A model generated the notes under the pieces. That model did not search any database. It was given only the letters and a program-made list of their open reading frames with translations, and was not told the origin of the DNA. Made by a program: the position numbers and the translations under genes. 64,000 nucleotides of DNA from Candidatus Latescibacterota bacterium (GTDB lineage: Bacteria; Latescibacterota; UBA2968): the NCBI GenBank assembly GCA_965222605.1, contig OZ244960.1, forward strand, positions 3,712,001 through 3,776,000, in the 5' to 3' direction. This document shows, piece by piece, positions 47,501 to 56,477 of the stretch (its first letter is position 1; each line of letters opens with the position of its first letter).

Positions 47501-47944
47501 TTGGAACTAACGGGTACACACACCATTGGCGCAAATGTTGAGCGCGCTTTTGCGTTGCTTATCGATCCCGAGGTGCTCGCTCGTTGTATGCCCGGTTGCG
47601 ATAAGCTGGAACACAGGGCAGATGGCGTTTATGACATGGCGGTTTCAGCAGGGGTTGGTCCCGTTCGCGGCAAATACACGGGTAGCGTCACTCTTTCAGA
47701 TATTCAACCGCCCGACCGCTATACAATGGTGGTCGATATCAAGGGCGTGACGGGATTTGTCAAGGGGCAGGGCGTTGTGGAACTCGCCCCTGAAGGCGAA
47801 AATACGCAGATTTCGTTTGAGGGTGATGTACAAATCGGCGGGCCAATCGCTGCTGTGGGACAGCGCCTGCACGCCAGCGCAGCCCGCTTGATGACCCGGC
47901 AACTCTTTGGCGCGATTGATGCGGAGGCGCGCGCGTCTGCTTGA
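47501..47944 (+). CDS. coxG: CoxG (SRPBCC) protein
   Basis: AGGAGG SD with TTG start; DPEVLARCMPGC and GGPIAAVGQRL. Confidence 0.85.
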   Translation: MELTGTHTIGANVERAFALLIDPEVLARCMPGCDKLEHRADGVYDMAVSAGVGPVRGKYTGSVTLSDIQPPDRYTMVVDIKGVTGFVKGQGVVELAPEGENTQISFEGDVQIGGPIAAVGQRLHASAARLMTRQLFGAIDAEARASA

Positions 47945-47952
47945 GGGATAAT

Positions 47953-48219
47953 ATGCAAATGTACGGATATCAATGCGATTATTGTGATGGCACAGTACAG
48001 GCAAAGTCATTAGAAAACGAAGTATTTAAACACAAAAATGGATTTGTGATTTTAGAAGATGTCACTATCGGTGTTTGTGATTCGTGTGGCAATCGCTATT
48101 ACTCTGCAGAACTTCTGCACGCAGTTCACGATATTGCTACAGGTGTGCAGTCTCCTGAGAGAACAGAAAATATACCTGTTGCCCATTTTCCGAAGGCTGA
48201 ACAAGATGTCATTTATTGA
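47953..48219 (+). CDS. YgiT-type zinc finger protein
   Basis: CDYC...IGVCDSCGNRYY. Confidence 0.8.
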   Translation: MQMYGYQCDYCDGTVQAKSLENEVFKHKNGFVILEDVTIGVCDSCGNRYYSAELLHAVHDIATGVQSPERTENIPVAHFPKAEQDVIY

Positions 48220-48568
48220 TTGGGATAAATATCCCGCTAATGAAGTGGCGCCCGGCGTACGCCTTCGGACCCCTTATGGCGAAAATTTGATGCTCTCTCG
48301 CGTTGAATTTGATGCGGGTGCTGTTGTGCCGATGCACAGCCATCCCCACGAGCAGGGGGGGATGATGCTCGAGGGAAAGATGAAGTTTACTATTGATGGT
48401 GAGACCCGCACAGTTGAACCCGGCGAGGCCTTTCTCATTCCCGCCCATGTGCCACACCGGGCCGAGGCAGTAGATGGTCCCTGTGTCGCTCTCGATATTT
48501 TCTCGCCGATTCGCGAGGATTATGTCGAACTCGTCAACCGCTATATTCCTTCCGAAGATCAAACATAA
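48206..48568 (+). CDS. Cupin domain protein
   Basis: HSHPHEQ...IPAHVPH and DIFSPIREDY. Confidence 0.88.
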   Translation: MSFIDWDKYPANEVAPGVRLRTPYGENLMLSRVEFDAGAVVPMHSHPHEQGGMMLEGKMKFTIDGETRTVEPGEAFLIPAHVPHRAEAVDGPCVALDIFSPIREDYVELVNRYIPSEDQT

Positions 48569-48684
48569 CATTTTCTATTCACGGATCGCTTATTGGTCTT
48601 TCAAATAAGTTTATTTATTCACTTAATCCAGAAGGTTTGGTTGTCATTACGCCAGTAATCCAGTCCGTCAAATAAGAACAACAA

Positions 48685-49536
48685 ATGTTAGCTAATTTTT
48701 TTGAGAGACCATTTATCTCGTCTTTCTTTTTTTTTCGTCCTTTCAAAGCCTGCCCGATAAAAAGGGTTTTGTGTCTTCTGATATTGCTGTTGGGATGTAC
48801 AGAGGGTTATGCGGCTGATGTGGGAGAGAAAGTAAAAAATCTCGATATCGGGACGTATGTCGAGGGTGCGTATTTTGTTGGTGAGCAAAAAAGGCGGTTT
48901 CGAGGCTATATCAATCGCACACAGGGGTATGCGGTTACAATTGTCACAGATCAATTGCCCTATAGACGCCGTATTATCTACCAGTCTATTGATCATCTGC
49001 GCGTAAAGAAGACGAAAAGAATCGCCGTGCAGTTTAACCCCCAGGCGCGTGGATTTTTGGCTCGGACTGGCGTTATACCCGGGCATCGAGCCGTTATTGG
49101 CATTGCGGAAGCAGCAGATAGCCGGTTTGCGGGTATTATTGCGAGTGTAAGCGACTCTTTGCTCGTTTTGGCAGATACGCATAAGCGCGATGAGCACAAA
49201 ACTTTGACAGTTTCAGAACTCGATCAACTGTCGATTAATCTGAGCAAGACATCCCATATCAGAAAGGGCTTCAAAGCCGGTCTGGTTACGGGTTTCTGTA
49301 TTGGTGTTATTTTTTCTTCGTCCGATTTGAATAATAGTACCGAGACCGGATGGTCAGCCCTTGCCAATATTGTTCTAAGTCCAGAAACGGTTGTTATTTC
49401 TGTGGTCGGTGCCGGTGTCGGCAGTATTATTGGCAAACTTGCCAGCTACGAGACCTGGCAATCTATCCCATTGGACCGCCTCAAATTCAACCGCTCTCAC
49501 ACGCCTTTGTCCCTCTCTGCATCTTATTCGTTTTAA
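48685..49536 (+). CDS. Hypothetical exported/membrane protein (start uncertain)
   Basis: Hydrophobic signal-like stretch and C-terminal Gly-rich hydrophobic helices. Confidence 0.55.
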   Translation: MLANFFERPFISSFFFFRPFKACPIKRVLCLLILLLGCTEGYAADVGEKVKNLDIGTYVEGAYFVGEQKRRFRGYINRTQGYAVTIVTDQLPYRRRIIYQSIDHLRVKKTKRIAVQFNPQARGFLARTGVIPGHRAVIGIAEAADSRFAGIIASVSDSLLVLADTHKRDEHKTLTVSELDQLSINLSKTSHIRKGFKAGLVTGFCIGVIFSSSDLNNSTETGWSALANIVLSPETVVISVVGAGVGSIIGKLASYETWQSIPLDRLKFNRSHTPLSLSASYSF

Positions 49537-49581
49537 TTGCTCGCCCATACCTCAATAATCCAGAGTCTAAATTTGCTTGTA

Positions 49582-49646
49582 TTGTAAATTTACAACAGGT
49601 TTGTAAATTTACATTGTTTTTTTCCAATAGTTTTGTAAATTTACAA
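49582..49646. promoter_or_regulatory. Three copies of the palindrome TTGTAAATTTACAA (putative operators)
   Basis: 49582-49595, 49601-49614 (13/14 match) and 49633-49646; the last ends 1 bp before the ATG. Confidence 0.6.
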
Positions 49647-49647
49647 T

Positions 49648-50829
49648 ATGAAAAATACTTTGTTAAAACGCCTTCTGGCATTACCCGATCGCTCATTTTT
49701 TCTTTTCGGACCGCGCTCAACAGGCAAAAGTACTTATTTGCGCCAGGTTTTGCCCGGTGCGATTTATCTCGATTTGCTCGATTCCTCACTTTACCTCGAG
49801 CTTTCTCAGTCGCCCCATCATCTCGAGGCTTTGATCGGCAATCGTCCAGAGCAGACCTGGGTTGTCCTGGATGAAGTTCAAAAAATTCCCGCTTTGCTAA
49901 ATGAGGTTCATCGGTTGATTGAAAACAAGCGGTGGCGGTTCGTGCTTTGCGGTTCTTCTGCACGCAAACTGCGCCGGGGTGGTACTAATTTGCTTGCTGG
50001 TCGCGCAATTACTCGCCATATGGAATCGTTTAGCAGCGCAGAACTCGGCGCGCTTTTTGATCTCGATTTTTCACTGCAATACGGCTTGTTGCCCACCGTG
50101 CAATTAGACCGCAAGTATGCCCGCGATATTCTCGATGCTTATGTTAATACCTATATTAGAGAAGAAATTAAAGAGGAGGGGATTGTGCGCAATCTGCCCC
50201 CTTTTCTCCGTTTTTTAGGTATTGCAGGTCAGATCAATGCCCAGCAGGTTAACGCGCAAAATCTCGCTCGAGATGCGGCGGTTTCTCGTAGCAATATCGA
50301 CATCTATTTTTCGATTCTTGAAGATACGCTTTTGGGGCACAAACTTTTGGCCTATCGCCCGAATATTAAAGTTCGGGAGCAAACCCGACCCAAATTTTAT
50401 TGGTTTGACCCGGGGGTTGCGCGTGCAGCAGCGGGATTGCTCGATGAACCGCTTGACCGCATCTGGTTGGGAACGGCTTTGGAAACTTTGATTTATCACG
50501 AGTTGCGCGTGTACAATCACACGCGAGAAAAACACCGTCCTATTGCATTTTATCGCACAGCTACAGGGGGAGAAATTGATTTTATTATTGAAACGCGCAA
50601 GCGAACGGTATCTTCTCGGGCGCATGTGGTATGTCTCGAAGTTAAGCTGTCTGATCAGTGGGATAGACGTTGGGAACGCCAGATGCGCGATATGAGTCAG
50701 TCTCCACAGATTTGCGTCGATCGCATGGTGGGGGTTTATACGGGCAAGCGGAGCTATCACTTTGATGGTGTGGATGTTTTGCCTGTCGCAGAGTTTTTGC
50801 AGCAGTTGTATCAGGGCGATATTTTTTGA
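49648..50829 (+). CDS. AAA_14 ATPase with DUF4143 (PD-(D/E)xK-like) domain
   Basis: GPRSTGKS, LDEVQK, GSSARKL, NLLAGRA, KFYWFDPGV and EIDFI...LEVK. Confidence 0.9.
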   Translation: MKNTLLKRLLALPDRSFFLFGPRSTGKSTYLRQVLPGAIYLDLLDSSLYLELSQSPHHLEALIGNRPEQTWVVLDEVQKIPALLNEVHRLIENKRWRFVLCGSSARKLRRGGTNLLAGRAITRHMESFSSAELGALFDLDFSLQYGLLPTVQLDRKYARDILDAYVNTYIREEIKEEGIVRNLPPFLRFLGIAGQINAQQVNAQNLARDAAVSRSNIDIYFSILEDTLLGHKLLAYRPNIKVREQTRPKFYWFDPGVARAAAGLLDEPLDRIWLGTALETLIYHELRVYNHTREKHRPIAFYRTATGGEIDFIIETRKRTVSSRAHVVCLEVKLSDQWDRRWERQMRDMSQSPQICVDRMVGVYTGKRSYHFDGVDVLPVAEFLQQLYQGDIF

Positions 50830-50843
50830 TAAGGAGTTTCAAG

Positions 50844-51773
50844 ATGGAATATCGGCAACTCGGCAATTCTGGGCTTCAGGTTTCGGCTATTGGGTTGGGG
50901 ACCAATAATTTTGGCAGGCGTCTTGATGCCAGGGGTACGGCGCGTGTTATGAATCAGGCGTTGGATGAAGGGATTACGTTTATCGATACGGCGAATATTT
51001 ATGGGGGGTCGCTGTCGGAGTCTTATATTGGCCGGGCGATCAGGGGCAAGCGCGATGCGTTTATCCTGGCGACCAAAGTGTCGATGAATATGGGCGATGG
51101 TCCCAATATGCGCGGCAATTCGCGTTACCATATTCTCAAAGAGGTGGAGGAAAGTCTCAGACGTCTCAATACGGATTATATCGATCTCTATCAGATTCAT
51201 CAGACCGATTCCAATACGCCTATTGAGGAGACTTTGCACGCGCTTGACCATCTCGTTTCTCAGGGCAAAGTGCGCTATATCGGCTGTTCCAATTTTATGG
51301 CGTGGGAGGTCTGCGAGGCCTTATGGACTTCGCGTGCGAAGAATTTGGTTTCATTTTCGACTGTGCAACCCCGATATAGTATGCTCGACCGCGAGGTTGA
51401 GGCCGAGCTTGTGCCTTTTTGCAAGTCTTATGGTATTGGCATTTTGCCCTATTTCCCCCTTGCCAGCGGTTTTCTTACGGGTAAATATCGCCGAGATGAA
51501 CCGCCGCCCGAGGGTACGCGTTTGGCAGAGAGAGACCGAGGTATGTTCACGGATAAAAATTTCGATATTATCGAAGCGTTGGAAAAATTTGCACAGGAAC
51601 GCGATCATACCATTCTCGATCTGGCTTTTGCCTGGCTTCTCGCCAATCCCTGTGTGTGTTCTGTGATCGCCGGGGCTACTACGCCCGATCAAGTCACGGC
51701 AAATGCCGCGACCGTTGGCTGGCATCTCAGTGATGAGGAGATGGCGGAGATTGATGAAATTCTCTCTCAATAA
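50844..51773 (+). CDS. Aldo/keto reductase
   Basis: LGNSGLQVSAIGLG, DTANIY, DLYQIH and GKVRYIGCSN. Confidence 0.93.
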   Translation: MEYRQLGNSGLQVSAIGLGTNNFGRRLDARGTARVMNQALDEGITFIDTANIYGGSLSESYIGRAIRGKRDAFILATKVSMNMGDGPNMRGNSRYHILKEVEESLRRLNTDYIDLYQIHQTDSNTPIEETLHALDHLVSQGKVRYIGCSNFMAWEVCEALWTSRAKNLVSFSTVQPRYSMLDREVEAELVPFCKSYGIGILPYFPLASGFLTGKYRRDEPPPEGTRLAERDRGMFTDKNFDIIEALEKFAQERDHTILDLAFAWLLANPCVCSVIAGATTPDQVTANAATVGWHLSDEEMAEIDEILSQ

Positions 51774-51791
51774 TTTGAAAATGAAAAATAC

Positions 51792-51826
51792 AAAAAGGGA
51801 CGCGAACTGTTTCGCGTCCCTTTTGT
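51792..51826. terminator. Bidirectional terminator
   Basis: AAAAAGGGACGCGAA...TTCGCGTCCCTTTT between convergent genes. Confidence 0.8.
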
Positions 51827-51847
51827 TTTGAGTATTACCTATAGCAC

Positions 51848-53131
51848 TCACTGTGTCTCGTTCATTCCAATGACCCACTGCAATTGATGCGCCATTGCCA
51901 CGCTGAAATCAGTGCCTAATCCCTTGCGTTCATATCGAATTTGTCCGTTCTGATCTATGATGCATGTATATGGAATCTCGTCGGATCCAAACGCTTTTCG
52001 CATTTCCAGATCGCCTAAAGCAAAGGTTAAAAGCGGTGCGCTCTGGTAGCGAAAGCTGGCGACCATATCCCGGCGCATTGAGCTATCCTGGTCGATATTT
52101 ACTGCTAAGAATTCAACATTTTGTTTGCTAAATTGCTCTTTGAGGTTTTGGAGATAGGGCAGTTCTTCAATGCACGGGTTGCACCATCCCGCCCAAAACG
52201 TTACGACCACTGCTTTGCCCTTTAAATCTGCTGAAGTGATTTTCTCACCGTCCAGTTTTTGGACTTCAAAGGTCGGTGCAGGGCGTGAAATGCGGTTTTT
52301 TTCGACGCGTTGGATAACTTTCTTATCCCACCCGGCTTTTAAGGCAGTATATGCTTTGCTCATTCCTGCGCCTGAACCGAACTTGCCGACATAAGCTTGG
52401 CTCCACAGTTCTGCGATATTCCGACGTATGGCTGAGGTTAGCAATAGTTCTGAGGCGAGTTCATAAGCCTTTGTCCATGCTTTTTGGTCGATATAGATCC
52501 GAAGCAAGCTGGTCTTTGCTTTATCTACAGATGCCTGCCGAGATGCCAGTTCCAGGTCGCCTAAATCCTTGCGGGTTTGCCAACCCCGAATCACGGTCTT
52601 TATTTCTTCGACAGCACGATCGTGTTGCCCAACGAGTTGGTGAGCACGCGCCAATAGATCGCGGCAGATTAGTTCACCTCGACCATTACCTCCCCATTTT
52701 TTTTGTTTCTGCAATGCTTCTTTTAATGCGTTTTGTGCATATAGAAGCGTTTTATCAGATCGAACTTCCTTATCTACGAGTACCCGAGCAGCCGTTTGGT
52801 AAGCACCGTTGGAATACATTTGCAATGCGAGCATTTTGTCAGATAGCTCTATCAACAGGTGTGGATCATCGGTGACATTCTGGTAATATTTCAATAGGGT
52901 GATGGAGATGTCGCCTTTTAGGAAGGTGTTGGGATAATCTGCAAGCAGTTGCTCAAGTCCCAATATGCCTTCCCAATACTGCTCTGGGGTCTCGGGACGG
53001 TATCCACCCGCAAATTGGCTGAATCGCTTCATTTCTTCTTTGGAATGGGTAGGTTGTTGTGCAAAGCACACGGAATATGCACTCAGGCACAATACCAGAC
53101 TCACTACCAGTTTGCACTTGTTGAAATACAT
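51848..53131 (-). CDS. Exported TPR-like + TlpA/redoxin disulfide reductase
   Basis: Signal peptide, helical repeats, then APTF...FWAGWCNPCIEELP...IPYTCIIDQNG. Confidence 0.85.
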   Translation of the reverse strand: MYFNKCKLVVSLVLCLSAYSVCFAQQPTHSKEEMKRFSQFAGGYRPETPEQYWEGILGLEQLLADYPNTFLKGDISITLLKYYQNVTDDPHLLIELSDKMLALQMYSNGAYQTAARVLVDKEVRSDKTLLYAQNALKEALQKQKKWGGNGRGELICRDLLARAHQLVGQHDRAVEEIKTVIRGWQTRKDLGDLELASRQASVDKAKTSLLRIYIDQKAWTKAYELASELLLTSAIRRNIAELWSQAYVGKFGSGAGMSKAYTALKAGWDKKVIQRVEKNRISRPAPTFEVQKLDGEKITSADLKGKAVVVTFWAGWCNPCIEELPYLQNLKEQFSKQNVEFLAVNIDQDSSMRRDMVASFRYQSAPLLTFALGDLEMRKAFGSDEIPYTCIIDQNGQIRYERKGLGTDFSVAMAHQLQWVIGMNETQ

Positions 53132-53139
53132 GCTGAGCC

Positions 53140-55032
53140 TCACTTTCTTTCTGTCCAAATTAGATTCTCTCTGCGACGCACGACATAAGGAGAATAAGGA
53201 GATCCCTGTAATGTGAAATCTCGTCCGGCTGCCATCTTCACCCAGTATGTTCCATTAGGTAATCCCCTTTTAGATAAGAACGCAGTATAAGAACCGGGTG
53301 CGTGTGTTTTATTGACTGGCCTGGCTACCATCATATTCTGATTATTGAAGAAAATGATTTCTACAAAGGCGGGGTGGAACCCTTCTGGAATCGAATACAC
53401 GATTTTCACCAGTGAATCTTGTGGCGAACTTTCTATTTTTAAGTCTATTGGATATTTGGGTTCTGTTCGATTCCTGTATAGCCAAATCAGATTCAATGAG
53501 CGTCGCACCGCATTTTCCTCTGATCGATTTGCTCTTAATCTCACAAAGTATGTTCCGTCGGGAAGTCCCCGTTTAGGCAAGAACGCGGTATAAGAACCGG
53601 GTGCGTGTGTTTTATTGACCGGTTTGGCCACCCTTGCGCCCTGAATATTGAAGAAATCGAGTTCTATAAAGACAGGGTCTGAATAAACCTTTCCTGGAAT
53701 CCAATACGCAATTTCCATTATTGGATCCCTCGGTGAACTTACTATTTTAAAGTCCATCTTTTGTTGTACATTGCCTCCATATTGATATCTGTATCTCCAA
53801 ACCAACTCCAATGCGTGATGTACCTCCTGATGTTCTTTCAGCGATTGCTGTGTTGCTGATAACCTCACTAAGTATCTTCCATCAGGCAATCTCCGTTTGG
53901 ATAAGAACGTCGTATAAGAACCCGGCGTGTGCATTTTATTGACCGGCTTGGCGGCCCTTGCCCCATGACTATTGTAGAAATCGATTTCTACAAAGACGGA
54001 GTCTGAATAAACCGCTTCTGGGATCCAATACACGATTTTCACCAGTGAATCTTGTGGCGTACTTTCCATTCTGAAGTCCAGTTTTTCTGTTTTTGTATCG
54101 CCGCTTGTATTGGAATCGGATTTGACTTCCTGTTTGACCTCTTGTTGCGAGGATTCTACGCCCTCTGTCTCGTCAGTTTTCTCAGGAATGGGTTGCTCAT
54201 TTTGAGCGGGTTCTTCCAATTCGAGCTGTATTTGAGACGTTTGGGACAATTCATTGTTTTCTTGTCCCCAATTCAACACTGCCGAAATCCCACCGAAATA
54301 CAATCCCGTTCCCGCGATACCTGCGCCGATGATACCCATTATTTTTATCATGCCTGTTCCTTTCAGTTTGGCGAGCAGACTCGCCTGCGTTGGCATTGCG
54401 TACAATAGCGGGGGTAATGCGGCCATTATTTTGCGCGTCAATTGGCGTGTCGGACGTTTTTCGCAGAGTGTGTCTTCTACCAGCGGTATCAATTCGTCGC
54501 GCAAGCGATTGCGTGCAACCTGAAGACGACCCGTTACTGTGCTTTCAGGGATGTCGAGAAAAACGGCGATTTCGGAATAGGTCATGCCTTCCATGTAGTG
54601 GAGCAATACCGCTTCCCGATAAATGTCTGGCAATGTATCAACGGCGGTTAGAACGGTTTCTTTAAGTTCGGATTTTTCCAGCACTTCGTCGGGTAGGTCT
54701 GGCAATGGAAATTCCGATATTTCAGGGGTTATATCCCGCGATGTGTCGTCAATTGAGATGATTGGACGCTTTTGCTGAAGCCATTTGTTCGACAAATTGA
54801 GTGCGATTCCCCGCAGCCAGCCTGCGAATTTTTCGGGCGATTTTAGAGACTTGAGATGCATGTATGCCTCCACAAACGCATTTTGAACGATGTCTTCAGT
54901 TGCGGAAAAATTGCGGATTCGACCAGCCACAAAGGCAAAGATGCGCCCTTGATATGCCTCGACCAGCGGTTCGTAAGCAGCCTGATCGCCAGCCAATATT
55001 TTTTGAACTTGCTCTGCATCGCGTTTGCTCAT
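53140..55032 (-). CDS. ECF sigma factor fused to a TM helix and three ~100-aa FlgD-Ig/CTD-like repeats
   Basis: Sigma2 (EDIVQNAF, FAGWLRGIA), sigma4 (YSEIA..LDIPESTVTGRL), TM IIGAGIAGTGLYFGG, then 3x KIVY.IP...FYN..G...PVNK.H.PGSY..FL.KRGLP.G.Y. Confidence 0.85.
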   Translation of the reverse strand: MSKRDAEQVQKILAGDQAAYEPLVEAYQGRIFAFVAGRIRNFSATEDIVQNAFVEAYMHLKSLKSPEKFAGWLRGIALNLSNKWLQQKRPIISIDDTSRDITPEISEFPLPDLPDEVLEKSELKETVLTAVDTLPDIYREAVLLHYMEGMTYSEIAVFLDIPESTVTGRLQVARNRLRDELIPLVEDTLCEKRPTRQLTRKIMAALPPLLYAMPTQASLLAKLKGTGMIKIMGIIGAGIAGTGLYFGGISAVLNWGQENNELSQTSQIQLELEEPAQNEQPIPEKTDETEGVESSQQEVKQEVKSDSNTSGDTKTEKLDFRMESTPQDSLVKIVYWIPEAVYSDSVFVEIDFYNSHGARAAKPVNKMHTPGSYTTFLSKRRLPDGRYLVRLSATQQSLKEHQEVHHALELVWRYRYQYGGNVQQKMDFKIVSSPRDPIMEIAYWIPGKVYSDPVFIELDFFNIQGARVAKPVNKTHAPGSYTAFLPKRGLPDGTYFVRLRANRSEENAVRRSLNLIWLYRNRTEPKYPIDLKIESSPQDSLVKIVYSIPEGFHPAFVEIIFFNNQNMMVARPVNKTHAPGSYTAFLSKRGLPNGTYWVKMAAGRDFTLQGSPYSPYVVRRRENLIWTERK

Positions 55033-55070
55033 TGGAACTCCAAATAGACGACTGTTGGTGTTTGGCTACT

Positions 55071-55150
55071 GGGGACGGTCCCCGTGCCGTCTGTCATCGC
55101 GGCATGTTTTTAGCCGCGATCCAGAAGGTTTTTAGCTAACCGCTGACCGC
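55071..55150 (+). repeat. Composite GTAG/CGTC-type REP unit
   Basis: GGGGACGGTCCCCGTGCCGTC plus GTCATCGCGGCATG...GCCGCGATCCAGAAGG; near-identical to 56260-56329. Confidence 0.75.
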
Positions 55151-55223
55151 TTGTTTTTCCGACCGCTATATATATGTGACTCCTGAGTGCGGATTTCTAA
55201 ATAAAAATTTCGCCATAATATTC

Positions 55224-55254
55224 AAAAGCCCTGTATCTTGACTCACAGGGCTTT
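55224..55254 (-). terminator. Terminator downstream of the PhyH gene
   Basis: AAAGCCCTGT...ACAGGGCTTT. Confidence 0.6.
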
Positions 55255-55279
55255 CTGGTTTTGATAGGCGTAGTGCGAT

Positions 55280-56119
55280 TTATCCACGCGATGGCTCGGA
55301 CATTTCTTTTCTTGCGTGAGCGGAGAGTTCGGCGAGGTGACCGTCGTGCGCCATGACTTGTGTCAGATGTTTTTTGCGTTCGGGACCAGCGGTTGCGAGC
55401 ATGATTTTTCCGTAAGCGCGATCATTCCAGAACCGCGCGCGTGCGGCAATCTGTGTTTTTAACTGTGCAATGTGTTCTTCGTCTTCAGGGAAGCGTTCGC
55501 TACAATTAATGGTGAACATTCGCCGACGTGAACTGCCGCCAAAGGCCGCGTGTTTCAGATTGTGGTTGAATACGACGACATCGCCCGGATTGGTTTCCAG
55601 TGCTAACGCGGGCACGTCCTGACCGTGAATGCCCCATTGCGCGTGAGAATTTCGGACGGTTTTTTCAATCTCGTTTGCATATTGATCTGCGAGATGGTGA
55701 CTTCCCGGTATGATGCGCAAACAACCCGTGTCGCGCGTCAGGGGATCCAGGTACAGGGCAATTTTTACAAATCGAATTTCCTTGCCCCAGCCGTCCGAAT
55801 GCCATTGCGTGTCTCCGGCATAATAATTTCCGTCTGACCCCATGTAATTGAAGTTTTCACCCAATAGTCCAGCCAGGATCCCGTTGATCCGCGGATCATC
55901 CAATAGGGCGCACAGCCGTTCGTGCTGGTCGATAAATGGCACGATGCACGATCGCCGCATGCCGTCGTGCGGTTGCCCATTGTGTCCCCCACCCCGTTGG
56001 CTCCATACGGCTTCAAATACATCGATAATTTCGTCGATGCAATCTGTTAATAACCCCGGAAACGCGAGAAATCCAAAGGTATCAAAAAACGATTTTTTTT
56101 GATCGGTGAGGATGACCAT
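55280..56119 (-). CDS. Phytanoyl-CoA dioxygenase (PhyH) family protein
   Basis: FFDTFGFL, WHSD, GCLRIIPGSH and PGDVVVFNHNLKH. Confidence 0.88.
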   Translation of the reverse strand: MVILTDQKKSFFDTFGFLAFPGLLTDCIDEIIDVFEAVWSQRGGGHNGQPHDGMRRSCIVPFIDQHERLCALLDDPRINGILAGLLGENFNYMGSDGNYYAGDTQWHSDGWGKEIRFVKIALYLDPLTRDTGCLRIIPGSHHLADQYANEIEKTVRNSHAQWGIHGQDVPALALETNPGDVVVFNHNLKHAAFGGSSRRRMFTINCSERFPEDEEHIAQLKTQIAARARFWNDRAYGKIMLATAGPERKKHLTQVMAHDGHLAELSAHARKEMSEPSRG

Positions 56120-56240
56120 CGCTTGCTCCTTGTAGTTGACGTATGGAGAAACTTCTGTTAAATTGAAGCGTTGATACCTGTAGTACAGGTAATACATTCA
56201 GGGTTGCAATTGTGATTATCCTGTGCGGTATATGAAAGTC

Positions 56241-56329
56241 GTCATCGCGGCGTGTTGTTGTAGGGGACGGTCCCCGTGCCGTCCCGTGCGTCATCGCGGC
56301 ATGATTTTAGCCGCGATCCAGAAGGTTTT
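56241..56329 (+). repeat. Composite GTAG/CGTC-type REP unit
   Basis: GTAGGGGACGGTCCCCGTGCCGTCCC flanked by two GTCATCGCGGC copies. Confidence 0.75.
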
Positions 56330-56477
56330 GACCGCCCACTACACCATCACTTAATATATATTCACTTCCACCAATATATGAGGATAAATACCATGCGCCA
56401 ATATCTATTATCCATCCCGATAATTCTACTCCTGCTCGTTGGGTCTGCTTCTGCGCAAACGGTTAATTTTTCTCTAA

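Noticed and set aside
53150-54090. ECF repeats (and Ig repeats at 57800-58425) as DGR template/variable regions
   Set aside because: All copies are in frame within one gene, differences are not adenine-specific, and there is no reverse transcriptase in the window
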